This document shows, piece by piece, positions 13,466 to 25,874 of a stretch of DNA of 64,000 nt. The DNA lies in NCBI GenBank assembly GCA_965202585.1, contig OZ241829.1:66030001-66094000 (forward strand), read 5' to 3'. A program made the translations under genes and the position numbers. This DNA comes from Thalia democratica. Taxonomy: Eukaryota. The notes beneath the pieces were generated by a model that had not been told where the DNA came from, did not search any database, and saw only the letters and a list, made by a program, of their open reading frames with translations. Position 1 is the stretch's first letter; each line of letters begins with the position of its first letter.

Positions 13466-14642
13466 TTGTACGGAATTTTCGTCTTTATATGTCGATTATG
13501 AAGTAATATTAGTTTGTTTGATCTGCAATTTAGCACCCATTTTGAGACGACTTATCAGAACACAATTGCAAAGTATCAAAACAATAGGACATAAAATAAA
13601 AGTTAAACGTCTAAGATAAGATGTAAAATTTACGATTTATACGGAATTTTCGTCTTTATATGTCGATTATGACGTAATATTAGTTTGATTGATATTCAAT
13701 TTGGCACCCATTTTGAGAGGACTTATCAGTTCACAATTGCAAAGTATCAAAACAATAGGACGTAAAATAAAAGTTAAAAGTCTAAGATAAGATGTAAAAT
13801 TTACGATTTGTACGGAATTTTCGTCTTTATATGTCGATTATGACGTAATATTAGTTTGTTTGATCTGCAATTTGGCACCAATTTTGAGACGACTTATCAG
13901 AACACAATTGCAAAGTATCGAAACGATAGGACGTAAAATAAAAGTTAAACGTCTAAGATAAGATGTAAAATTTACTATTTATACGGGATTTTCGTCTTTA
14001 TAAGTCGATTATGACGTAATATTAGTTTGTTTGATCTGCAATTTGGCACCCATTTTGAGACGACTTATCAGTTCACAATTGCAAAGTATCAAAACAATAG
14101 GACGTAAAATAAAAGTTAAACGTCTAAGATAAGATGTAAAATTTACGATTTGTACGGAATTTTCGTCTTTATAAGTCGATTATGACGTAATATTAGTTTG
14201 TTTGATCTGCAATTTGGCACCCATTTTGAGACGACTTATCAGTTCACAATTGCAAAGTATCGAAACGATAGGACGTAAAATAAAAGTTAAACGTCTAAGA
14301 TAAGATATAAAATTTACGATTTGTACGGAATTTTCGTCTTTATATGTCGATTATGACGTAATATTAGTTTGTTTGATCTGCAATTTATCACCCATTTTGA
14401 GACGACTTATCAGAACACAATTGCAAAGTATCAAAACAATAGGACGTAAAATAAAAGTTAAAAGTCTAAGGTAAGATGTAAAATTTACGATTTATACGGA
14501 ATTTTCGTCTTTATATGTCGATTATGACGTAATATTAGTTTGTTTGATCAGCAATTTGGCACCCATTTTGAGACGACTTATCAGTTCACAATTGCAAAGT
14601 ATCGAAACGATAGGACGTAAAATAAAAGTTAAACGTCTAAGA
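13466..14642 (-). repeat. Right arm: about 7 inverted copies of the same 171-bp unit
   Basis: The cgtctaaga marker ends at 13616, 13787, 13958, 14129, 14300, 14471 and 14642. Confidence 0.96.
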
Positions 14643-14733
14643 TAGTGAAGACAGGTATATAACGTATATATGCTGTATTTATATATCGATCAAACTTCAG
14701 CTTAGTAAAATCAACATTTTCTGTGAAATAATT

Positions 14734-15186
14734 GGTAGTTACCTGGCATGATGTTGCATTAATATCGAACTGAATCTATATATTGAAAATAACCATAGTT
14801 TTAGGCTAAATATGACATTTTTAAAAAAGTTAAAAATAAAATCAAACTTTTTATTTATCATAAAGTAATAAAACTTGATTATGCAATGATGCTATGAGCA
14901 TGATATTGCTATGATTTAACATTATAAATCGATCACATCAATACAATGTTTATTTTTTATATCACTACAAATCTAAAAAAAAAAATTGACTAAATGTTTA
15001 GTTTTATTAGTTTATTAGAAACAAAATTCATTCTACTTATGTATTTATAAAGCTTGGTTAAAATAAAGTATTTTTTTCAGAATATATTAAGCTTTAAACA
15101 TAGTTTTCAGCCTAAAATTATGGTTAAAATGAACATTGAAATTAATTTATTTTCAGTTCGATATTGGTGCGACAGTAAATAGTTAC
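14734..15186. mobile_element. Degenerate ~430-bp MITE, copy 1
   Basis: ggtagttacctggcatgatgttgcattaatatcgaactgaa is imperfectly inverted to ttcagttcgatattggtgcgacagtaaatagttac. Inner inverted segments also pair (aaccatagttttaggc / gcctaaaattatggtt). Confidence 0.6.
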
Positions 15187-15893
15187 TAAATATTTTTACC
15201 TGTTTTAAATTGCTAATATTATGATTTTTTAAAGTGTACAAGATTATTTTAAAGTATTTTTACAGTTTTCACCTTTTAGTACATAAATTTTCAAGTTTAT
15301 GATAATCTCAGGCTGAATCATAAAGATATTGAGTAAAATTTTTCAGGCTAGTTAAAACATTTTTGATAGTGTTTGCTTACATATTTGTAGTAGCATTACA
15401 TTATCTTTTTTATTAACATAGCATTGTTTGAAAAAACATCTTTTATTTTAGATTTAAAGTTATATAAATAAAGACAAGAAAAATTTAAAAATCCTGGCAG
15501 AATATTTAAAAACTTAAAACATAGTTCTAAAAAGCCAGTGGCCATCCTGTTAAGACATAAATTTCAGACATTTAAGGGTTAAAACATTTTGTCATTAGGT
15601 TATTTTTAGTAGCTCTTCTCATTATATAGTTTTTATGATAAGTTTCTAATTTTAAACAATATATTGATATTATCAGTTGGTTAATAACAAAACTACTGCA
15701 GATCCACTGCTCTAATACCATTTATGACTAATAATTTAAACAAATTTATTACTATATAATTTTAGGCTTAAAATAAAGGTTGATGACAGTATTAATGTTT
15801 AAATAAGCTAAAAAAAGGAATAAAAGGATAATGTAATTACATAGAGTTGCACTGTTGTTTTGTATTTTGTTTTTAATTGTCTTTACTAGTTTT

Positions 15894-16537
15894 GGTAATT
15901 ACCAGGGATGTCCACCAATATCAAGCTGAAACTGTTTTCGATGTCTTTTTAAAACAATTTTAAAATAAGAATTTGTATTTTATACATGCAAAAAATCAAT
16001 TAAACTTATTTATCATAAACTAGTAAAACTGAAATATTCGATCACTTTTATTTATAATGTAAAGCGATTATATAAATGAATTAGTTTATATCGATTACAA
16101 TAATACTGTGATATAAAATCTATTAAATATTTTAGTTAGTAATAAATTTAATTATTTCTATTAAATAATGTAACGAGTTCAAAACAAAGTATCTTTTTAG
16201 ATTAAACATAATAGGCTTAAAACATTGATATTTAGCTTAAAAGTATGGTAAAATAGATATCGAATATAGTATAATTTCAGCTTGATATTAGTGCGACATC
16301 ACCCTAGGTCAGGGGTTGGCAGGTCAAAAAAGGAACGTTTTTTATTTGGTTTAAAAAACACATTTAAAAATAATTTTTTGATTATTAATAATTTAGGCGA
16401 GAGATAATCCTTTAAAGATAACACTGAAATTTAACTTTTGTTTTTTGAGAATGTTAATATATCAAACTAGTTGAAAAAAAAAAAGTTTAATGCGGATCGC
16501 GGACCGCAGTTTGTCAACCCCTGCCCTAGATAGTTAC
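15894..16537. mobile_element. Same MITE family, copy 2, with a hAT-type MITE inserted in its right TIR
   Basis: ggtaattaccagggatgtccaccaatatcaagctgaa is inverted to ttcagcttgatattagtgcgacatcaccctaggt[insertion]agttac. Confidence 0.65.
16310..16523. mobile_element. hAT-type MITE (214 bp) with an 8-bp TSD
   Basis: TIRs CAGGGGTTGGCA / TGTCAACCCCTG; flanks CCCTAGGT (16302-16309) and CCCTAGAT (16524-16531). It is absent from the sister unit at 17461. Confidence 0.85.
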
Positions 16538-17033
16538 TTATATTTATAGTAGAATTGCATTATCTTTTTATTAATATAGCACTGTTTAAAAAATAATTTA
16601 GTTTTAGAATTAAGGTTATATAAAAATGACAAGAGAAGTTTCAAAATCCTGGCAGAAAATCTAAAAACTTAAAAGATAGTTCTGTAAAGCTAGTTGCAAT
16701 CCTGTTTAGACATAAACTTGGATTTTATTTGTCATTAGGTTATTTTAGGTAGCTCTTTTCATTAAATAGTTTTTATGATAAGTTTCTAATTTTAAATAAT
16801 ATATTAATACTATCAATTGCTTAATATTTAAACTACTGCAGATTCAATACTCTAATACCATTTATGACTAATAATTTAAAGAAATTTATTACTATATAAT
16901 TTTAGACTTGAAATAAAGGTTGATGACAGTATTAATGTTTAAATAAGCTAAAAAAAGGAATAAAAGGATAATGTAATTACATAGAGTTGCACTGTTGTTT
17001 TGTATTTTGTTTTTATCTGTCTTTACTAGTTTT

Positions 17034-17468
17034 GGTAATTACCTAGGATGATGTCCACCAATATCAAGCTAAATTTATATTACATTCGATGTCTTTTTTA
17101 ACTATAATTTTTACATATAAGTTTCTACTTTATATACACAAAAATATAATCTAATTTATTTATCATCAACTAATAAAACTAAAAAATTTGATCTTTTTTA
17201 TTTACAATATCAAGCGATTATATAAATGAAATAATTTGTATCAATTAAGATGTTGTGAGATGAAATCGATTAAATATTTAAGTATGTACTAATTTATTTT
17301 TATTAATACTATTAATTTTCGTAGCCAGTTTGAAACAAAGTATCTTTTTAGATTAAACAAAATAGGTTTAAAACATTGGTTTTTAGCTTAAAAATGTAGT
17401 TAAAAAAACGTCGAATATAGTATATATTTCAGCTTGATACTGGTGCAACATCATCCTAGGTAGTTACC
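17034..17468. mobile_element. Same MITE family, copy 3
   Basis: ggtaattACCTAGGATGATG...CATCATCCTAGGTagttacc, with inner caatatcaagct / agcttgatactg. Confidence 0.7.
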
Positions 17469-17819
17469 CTTATTTCAATTAACTAATTTTAAAAATTTAA
17501 AGGAATATTTAAGATTTGTTAGAATAAATTAAAAGAATTTAATTAGTTGCTTTAAAAAAACTCAAAATGAAAGTATAAATCTGTGCCAACAAGGTATTTG
17601 AAATTTAGTTACATAGACTACTATATTTGTGTTTTGAATGATTTTATTAGTTTAGAAAACATAATAACACGTACAGAAGTTTTAAAAGTCATTTGCTGAT
17701 TAAAAATAAAACCAATAAAAATTCATTTTGAACAAGTTTGTAATCTTGCCATTGTATACTAATGGTTTAATAAATTGTGTGTACAATCTGGCTCAAGTAA
17801 AACACCTTAATACTAACAG

Positions 17820-17958
17820 CCTGAAGGAATTGAGCAGTGCTTTTTGGAATCAGTTATATTCATGAATGAAGACGATGAAGCACTTTTGGACGCAGTCGAG
17901 ATAATATACCCTGAAAATGTTGTACCAGGATCCGAAAGAGTGTCGCTGTAAATTTACG
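17820..17958 (+). pseudogene. A2M/TEP-family exon copy 1 (nonsense TAC>TAA)
   Basis: ctaacag|CCT...TAC G|gtagga; PEGIEQCFLESVIFMNEDDEALLDAVEIIYPENVVPGSERVSL*IY. Confidence 0.75.
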
Positions 17959-18345
17959 GTAGGATTGGTTAAATACAGATCTTTCCATTAAATCTTAGAC
18001 AAATTACTTATTTAAAAAAAATATTTTATAGTATGGTCTATTACAAAAGATAACTCTTTATAGTTTTAAATATATAAACCAAAGTTAACTATTATAACTA
18101 TCCTGAAATAAGTTAATAACAAATACAGTAAAAACATATAAATTAAATTACCACACTAGATAGTTTTGTATAATTATTTATTTTTCGGTTGTTTACGAAA
18201 GACTTTTGTTAACTTTTTTGATTAGTTTTGCTCAATAAAACAGCAGTTTTTTATTGATTACAGCTTGATACTTTTAATCTCCCTAACTCTTTATTTCTTT
18301 TTAACATTTGTTATTGCTTGTAATCAAGTACTCTAAATCTACTTA

Positions 18346-18690
18346 CAGGGTTGTCACTTTACCTGGAAACATTGAAAAACCTGTAATTTTGAAGAAAATC
18401 ACTAAAAAACCTAGAATTTTAAACAATTTTTATATGTTATGTTGAAAAATCTAGATATGACGCAACAAATTTATCATATATATATTTTTTTGATCATCAT
18501 CAAAAATTTCCATTCAAAAACACATTTAAAGTAGCTTAACCGTATATTTTTAATGTTTTTATACTATTTAACACAGTTTTTACCTTAAACTCAATTTTAA
18601 ACTAAAGATAAACCAAAAAATGTGCACTTTACAAAACTTGGAGGAAATTCTGAAAACCTGGATATTTTTTTAAAATGACTGATAATCCTG
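18346..18690. mobile_element. Representative array-embedded MITE (cagggttg...cctg, TA-flanked)
   Basis: ta|CAGGGTTGTCAC...GATAATCCTG|ta; same family as 9575-9972, with one degenerate copy per array unit. Confidence 0.55.
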
Positions 18691-19496
18691 TACTAACTAA
18701 CTATTAGCTCATCCAGATCCGCCTTAAGTGCGTTGTTAAACTAAGATGGTTTTTATATCGTTAGTGATTGTTTCAAAATTTATTCATTAAGAAAAAGCCG
18801 TTTGCTCATTGATAATGTAATAAATGATGAAAACTTTGTGAGTAAATAGTTTAGTTCGTATTTTATTAGACAATTTATTTTAGAGCTCTAAAGCTTTTTT
18901 GATTGAAAAAAATTAATTAACTGTCTGAAAGAATATTAACATAAATTTGTTCTGATCCCGGATGTACGGCTTACTTGAATTTATTCATCTACTTTAAGGT
19001 ATAATAGTTTTAGTGTTGTTTTCAGAAAAACAAATTATTTTTATTCTATCTTTCAGAAAATTCGAAAATGTATATAACTAAGAATAAGTTTTTGAATAAT
19101 TTTGTAGTTACACTGGTTTTTGCATTTTTAAACATTTGTCTGTGTTTTTTAATCAACTGTAATTGATTTTACATACAAGTCTCTGCTTAATTACATTTTA
19201 TAAAAATAAGTTTTCTAATATAAAAAAAAATCAAAATGGAAGAATAAACCTTTTCCAACAAAGTATTTGAAATTTAGTTACAAAGATTCTGTAACTTTAT
19301 TATTTGTGTTTTAAATGATTTTATTAGATTAGAAAACATAATAACCCGTACAGAAGTTTTAAACGTAGTTTTCTGATTAAAAATAAGACCAGTATCTATT
19401 CATTTTGAACGAATTTGTATTATTGCCATTGTGTACTAATGGTTTAATAAATTGTTCGTACAGTCTGGCTTAAGTAAAACACCTTAATACTAACAG

Positions 19497-19635
19497 CCTG
19501 AAGGAATTGAGCAGTGCTTTTTGTAATCAGTTATATTCATGAATGAAGACGATGAAGCACTTTCGGACGCATTCGAGATAATTTACCCTGAAAATGTTGT
19601 ACCAGGATCCGAAAGAGCGTCGCTGTACATTTACG
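19497..19635 (+). pseudogene. A2M/TEP-family exon copy 2 (nonsense GAA>TAA)
   Basis: Same 139-bp AG...GT exon; PEGIEQCFL*SVIF... Confidence 0.75.
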
Positions 19636-20716
19636 GTAGGATTTGTTAAATACAGAACTTTCCATTGATTTTTAGACAAATAACTTTTTTAAATAAAACA
19701 TTATATAGTGTGGTCTATTACAAAAGATAACTCTTTATAGTTTTAAATATATAAATCAAAGTTAACCATTATAACTATTCTGAAATAAGTTAATAACAAA
19801 TACAAACATATAATTAAATTACCACACTAGATAGTTTTGTATAATTATTTGTTTTTTGGTTCTTTACGAAAAACTTTTGTTAGCTTTTTCGATTAGTTTT
19901 GCTCAATAAAGTAGCAGTTTTTTATAAATTACAGCTTGATACTTTTTATCTACCTTACTCTTTATTTCTTTTTAACGTTTGTTATTGCTCGTGATCAAGT
20001 ACTCTCAAATCTACTTACAGGTTTCCCATTTTACCTGGAAACATAGAAAATCCTGTATTTTTGAATAAAAATCACTAAAAAACCTGAATTTTTAATTAAT
20101 TTTTACATGTTAAGTAGAAAAATTTATCACTTAAATAATTTTTTGGTCATCATCAATTTTTTTATTCATAAACACATTCAAAGTAGCTTTACAGTATGTT
20201 TTCAATGCTTTTATACTAGTTGAAAAAGTTTTTTTTTACCTTAAAATTAACTTGAAACTAAAAATACACCCTAATATGTGTACATTTAAAACCTGTAAAA
20301 ATTTTGTTAAATGCCACTGATAACCCTGTACTAACTAACTGTTAGCTCATCAACATTTTAAAGATTTTTCTGTGTTTTTTAATCAACTGTATTTGATTTT
20401 ACATACAAGTCTCGGCTTAATAACATTTTATAACTATAGCATTACTAATTAAAAAAAAATTAAAATCGAAGAATAAACCTTTGCCAACAAGGTATTTGAA
20501 ATTTAGTTACATAGATTACTATATTTGTGTTTTAAATGATTTTATTAGTTGAGAAAACATTGTGACACATATAGAAGTTTTAAAAGTAATTTGCTGATTG
20601 GAAATAAGACCGGTAAAAATTCATTTTGAACGAATTTGTAATATTCCTACTGTACACTAATGGTTTAATAAATTGTGTATACAGTCTGGCTCAACTAAAT
20701 ACCTTAATACTAACAG

Positions 20717-20855
20717 CCTGAAGGAATTGAGAAGTGCTTTTTGAAATCAGCTATATTCATGAATGAAGACGATGAAGCACTTTTGGACGCATTCGAGATA
20801 ATTTACCCTGAAAATGTTGTACCAGGTTCCGAAAGAGCGTCGCTGTACATTTACG
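20717..20855 (+). other. A2M/TEP-family exon copy 3 (open frame)
   Basis: PEGIEKCFLKSAIFMNEDDEALLDAFEIIYPENVVPGSERASLYIY(G). Confidence 0.72.
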
Positions 20856-22257
20856 GTAGGATTGGTTAAATACAGAACTTTCCATTAATTTTTAGACAAA
20901 TAACTTATTTAAATAAAATATTGTATAGTATAATCTATTACAAAAGATAATTTTATATAGTTTTAAATATATAAACCAAAGCTAACCATTATAACTATCC
21001 TGAAATAAGTTAATAACAAATACATTAAAAACATATAAATTAAATACAACACTAGATAGTTTTGTATAATTATTTATTTTTTGGTTGTTTACAAAAAATT
21101 TTTACATGTTATGTCGAAAAATCTTGATATGACGCATAAATTATCATATAGAATTTTTTTTGGTCATCATCAAAATTAAAAACACATTTAAAGTAGCTTA
21201 ACCGTATGTTTTTAATGTTTTTATACTATTTAACGCAGTTTTTACCTTAAACTCAATTTTAAACTAAAAATAGACCGAAGAATGTGTACTTTTAAAAACT
21301 TGGAGGAAATTCTGAAAACCTGGATATTTTTTTTAAATGACTGATAACCCTGTACTAACTAACTATTAGCTCATCAAGGTCCGCCTTTACTGCGTTGTTA
21401 AACTAAGATGGTTTTTATATCGTTAGTGATTGTTTCAAAATTTATTCTTTAAGAAAAAGCCGTTTGCTCATTGATAATGTCAATAAATGATGAAAACTTT
21501 GTGAGTAAATAGTTTGGTTTGTATTTTATTAGACAGTTTATTTCTGAGCTCTAAAGCTTTTTTAATTGAACAAAATATTTTAACTGTCTAAAATTATAAT
21601 ATTTGGAATTTGTTCTGACCCCGGATTTACGTCTTACTTGAATTTCTTTATCTATTTTAAGGTATTATTGGTTTATTTAAATACATTTTTGTGATGTCAT
21701 AATTCAGAATACTTCCTCAGTTTTCGATATCAGTCGCTTTCTTTTTGGAACTTGTATCTTTTTTATGGTGTCATATTAACGGTGTTGATTTTCAGAAAAA
21801 CAAATTATTTTTATACTATTTTTCAGAAAACTCGAAAATGTATATAACTAAGAATAAGTTTTTAAATAATTTTGTAGTTACACTGGTTTTTGCATTTTTA
21901 AACATTTGTCTATGTTTTTTAATCAACTGTAATTGATATTACATACAAGTCTCTGCTCAATTACATTTTATAAAAATAAGTTTTCTAATATAAAAAAAAT
22001 CAAAATGGAAGAATAAACCTTTTACAAAAAAGTATTTGAAATTTAGTTACAAAGATTACTATATTTGTGTTTTAAATGATTTTATTAGTTTAGAAAACAT
22101 AATAACCCGTACAGAAGTTTTAAACGTAGTTTTCTGATTAAAAATAAGACCTGTATCTATTCATTTTGAACGAATTTGTAATCTTGCCATTGTATACTAA
22201 TGGTTTAATAAATTGTGTGTACAATCTGGCTCAAGTAAAACACCTTAATACTAACAG

Positions 22258-22396
22258 CCTGAAGGAATTGAGCAGTGCTTTTTGGAATCAGTTATATTCA
22301 TGAATGAAGACGATGAAGCACTTTCGGACGCATTCGAGATAATTTACCCTGAAAATGTTGTACCAGGATCCGAAAGAGTGTCGCTGTACATTTACG
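22258..22396 (+). other. A2M/TEP-family exon copy 4 (open frame)
   Basis: PEGIEQCFLESVIFMNEDDEALSDAFEIIYPENVVPGSERVSLYIY(G). Confidence 0.72.
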
Positions 22397-23986
22397 GTAG
22401 GATTTGTTAAATACAGAACTTTCCATTAAATTTTAGACAAATAACTTATTTAAATAAAATATTATATAGTGTGGTCTATTACAAAAGATAACTCTATATA
22501 GTTTTAAATATATAAACCAAATTTAACCATTATAACTATCCTGAAATAAGTTAATAAAAAATACGTTAAAAACATATAAATCAAATTACCACACTAGATA
22601 GTTTTGTACAATTATTTATTCTTGGTTGTAAACAAAAAACTTTTGTTCGCTTTTTCGATTAGTTTTTCTCAATAAAGCAGCAATATTTTACTGAGTACAG
22701 CTTGGTACTTTTTATCTATCTTGCTCAATATTTCATTTTAACGTTTGTTATTGCTTGTAATCAAGTACTCTCAAATCTACTTACAGGTTTGCCACTTTAT
22801 CTGATAATATAGAAAAACCTGGAATTTTGAAGAAAAATCACCAAAAAACCTGGAATTTTAAACAATTTTTACATGTTATGTCGAAAAATCTTGATACGAC
22901 GCAAAAAAATTATCATATAAATTTTTTTTTGGTCATCATCAAAATTAAAAACACATTTAAAGTAGCTTAACCGTATGTTTTCAATGTTTTTATATATTTA
23001 ACGCAGTTTTTACCTTAAACTCTATTTAAAACTTAAATTAGACCGAAACATGTGTACTTTTCAAAACTTGGAGGAAATTCTGAAAACCTGGATATTTTTT
23101 TTTTAAATGACTGATAGCTCTGTACTAACTAACTATTAGCTCATCCAGATCCACCTTAACTGCGTTGTTAAACTAAGATGGTTTTTATATCGTTAGTGAT
23201 TGTTTCAAAATTTTTTCTTTATGAAAAAGCCGTTTGTTCATTGATAATGTCAATAAATTATAAAAACTTTGTGAGTAAATAGTTTGGTTTGTATTTTATT
23301 AGACAGTTTATTTCTGAGCTCTAATACTTTTTTGATTGAACAAAATTATTAAACTGTCTGGAATTATATCTGGAATTTGTTCTGACCCCGGATTTACGGC
23401 TTACTTGAATTTCTACATCTATTTTAAGGTATTATTGGTTTAGTTAAATACATTTTTGTGATTTCATAGTTCAGAATACTTCCTCAGTTTTCGATATCAG
23501 TCGCTTTCTTTTTGGGAATTGTATCTTTTTAATGGTGTCATATTAACGGTGTTGTTTTTGAGAAAAACTCAAATTATATTCATTCTATATTTCAGAAAAC
23601 TCGAAAATGTAAATAATCAAGAATAAGTTTTTGAATAATTCAGTTGTTAAACTGGTTTTTGCATTTTTAAACATTTGTCTGTCTTTTTTAGTCAACTGTT
23701 TTTGATTATACATACACGACACGGCATAATTACATTTTATAAACATTAGTTCTGTAATTAAAAAAAAATCAAAATGGAAGAATAAATCTGTGTCAACAAG
23801 GTATTTGAAATTTAGCATGATTTTTTTAGTTAAGAAAACATAATAACACTTACAGAAGTTTTAAAAGTAATTTAATGATTAGAAATTAACCATTTTGAAC
23901 GAATTTGTATTATTGCCATTGTGTACTAATGGTTTAATAAATTGTGTGTACAATCTGGCTCAAGTAAAACACCTTAATACTAACAG

Positions 23987-24125
23987 CCTGAAGGAATTGA
24001 GCAGTGCTTTTTGGAATCAGTTATATTCATGAATGAAGACGATGAAGCACTTTCGGACGCATTCGAGATAATTTACCCTGAAAATGTTGTACCAGGATGC
24101 GAAAGAGCGTCGCTGTACATTTACG
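23987..24125 (+). other. A2M/TEP-family exon copy 5 (open frame)
   Basis: ...YPENVVPGCERASLYIY(G). Confidence 0.72.
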
Positions 24126-25735
24126 GTAGGATTGGTTAAATACAGAACTTTCCATTAACTTTTAGACAAATAACTTATTTAAATAACGTCTAAAACATTA
24201 AAATAATATATTATTTAGTATAACCTATTATAAAAGCTAATTGTTTATAGTTTTAATATATAAACCAAATTTAACCATTATAACTATCCTGAAATAGGTT
24301 AATAAAAAATACATTAAAAACATATAAATCAAATTACCACACTAGATAGTTTTGTATAATTATTAATTTTTTGGTTGTAAACAAAAAACTTTTGTTCGCT
24401 TTTTCGATTAGTTTTTCTCAAAAAAGCAGCAATATTTTACTGAGTACAGCTTGGTACTTTTTATCTATCTTGCTCAATATTTCATTTTAACGTTTGTTAT
24501 TGCTTGTAATCAAGTACTCTCAAATCTACTTACAGGTTTGCCACTTTATCTGATAATATAGAAAAACCTGGAATTTTGAAGAAAAATCACCAAAAAACCT
24601 GGAATTTTAAACAATTTTTACATGTTATGTCGAAAAATCTTAATATAACGCAAAAAAATTATCATATAGAATTTTTTTTGGTCATCATCAAAATTAAAAA
24701 CACATTTAAAGTAGCTTAACCGTATGTTTTCAATGTTTTTATATATTTAACGCAGTTTTTACCTTAAATTCTATTTAAAACTAAAAATAGACCGAAACAT
24801 GTGTACTTTTCAAAACTTGGAGGAAATTCTGAAAACCTGGATATTTTTTTTTAAATGACTGATAGCTCTGTACTAACTAACTAATAGCTCATCAAGATCC
24901 GCCTTAACTGCGTTGTTAAACTAAGATGGTTTTTATATCGTTAGTGATTGTTTCAAAATTTTTCTTTAAGAAAAAGCCGTTTGTTCATTGATAATGTCAA
25001 TAAATTATAAAAACTTTGTGAGTAAATAGTTTGGTTTGTATTTTTTAGACAGTTTATTTCTGAGCTCTAATACTTTTTTGATTGAACAAAATTATTAAAC
25101 TGTCTGAAATTATAATATCTGGAATTTGTTCTGATCCCGGATTTACGGCTTACTTGAATTTCTACATCTATTTTAAGGTATTATTGGTTTAGTTAAATAC
25201 ATTTTTGTGATTTAATAGTTCAGAATACTTCCTCAGTTTTCGATATCAGTCGCTTTCTTTTTGGGACTTGTATCTTTTTTATGGTGTCATATTAACGGTG
25301 TTGTTTTTGAGAAAAACTCAAATTATTTTCATTCTATATTTCAGAAAACTCGAAAATGTAAATAATCAAGAATAAGTTTTTGAATAATTCAGTAGTTAAA
25401 CTGGTTTTTGCATTTTTAAACATTTGTCTGTCTTTTTTAGTCAACTGTAATTGATTAGACATACACGACACGGCATAATTACATTTTATAAACATTAGTT
25501 CTGTAATTAAAAAAAAATCAAAATGGAAGAATAAATCTGTGTCAACAAGGTTTTTGAAATTTAGCATGATTTTTTTAGTTAAGAAAACATAATAACACGT
25601 ACAGAAGTTTTAAAAGTAATTTAATGATTAGAAATTAATCATTTTGAACGAATTTGTATTATTGCCATTGTGTACTAATGGTTTAATAAATTGTGTGTAC
25701 AATCTGGCTCAAGTAAAACACCTTAATACTAACAG

Positions 25736-25874
25736 CCTGAAGGAATTGAATAGTGCTTTTTGGAATCAGTTATATTCATGAATGAAGACGATGAAGCACT
25801 TTCGGACGCATTCGAGATAATTTACCCTGAAAATGTTGTACCAGGATGCGAAAGAGCGTCACTGTACATTTACG
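25736..25874 (+). pseudogene. A2M/TEP-family exon copy 6 (nonsense CAG>TAG)
   Basis: PEGIE*CFL... Confidence 0.75.

Larger units (their letters stand above)
10220..14706. mobile_element. Foldback-like non-autonomous DNA transposon (4.5 kb) with modular inverted arms and a 9-bp TSD
   Basis: The outer ~64 bp are perfect inverted repeats (ACTAAGCTGAAGTTTGATCG... / ...CGATCAAACTTCAGCTTAGT). The direct repeat AAAATCAAC flanks the element at 10211-10219 and 14707-14715. Arms are 171-bp tandem arrays in opposite orientation around a ~1.1-kb spacer with no transposase ORF. Confidence 0.9.

Noticed and set aside
10284-14642. CRISPR-like or centromeric alpha-satellite interpretation of the 171-bp repeats
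   Set aside because: There are no unique spacers and the context is eukaryotic. The length match to alpha satellite is not accompanied by recognisable sequence similarity, and the arrays sit inside TIRs with a TSD.
18700-19010. Other exon-like segments in the array unit (ttag|ctcatc...atatc|gttagt; CSDPGFTAYLNF)
   Set aside because: They are short, stop codons vary between units, and they show no recognisable homology or frame-compatible link to the TEP exon.
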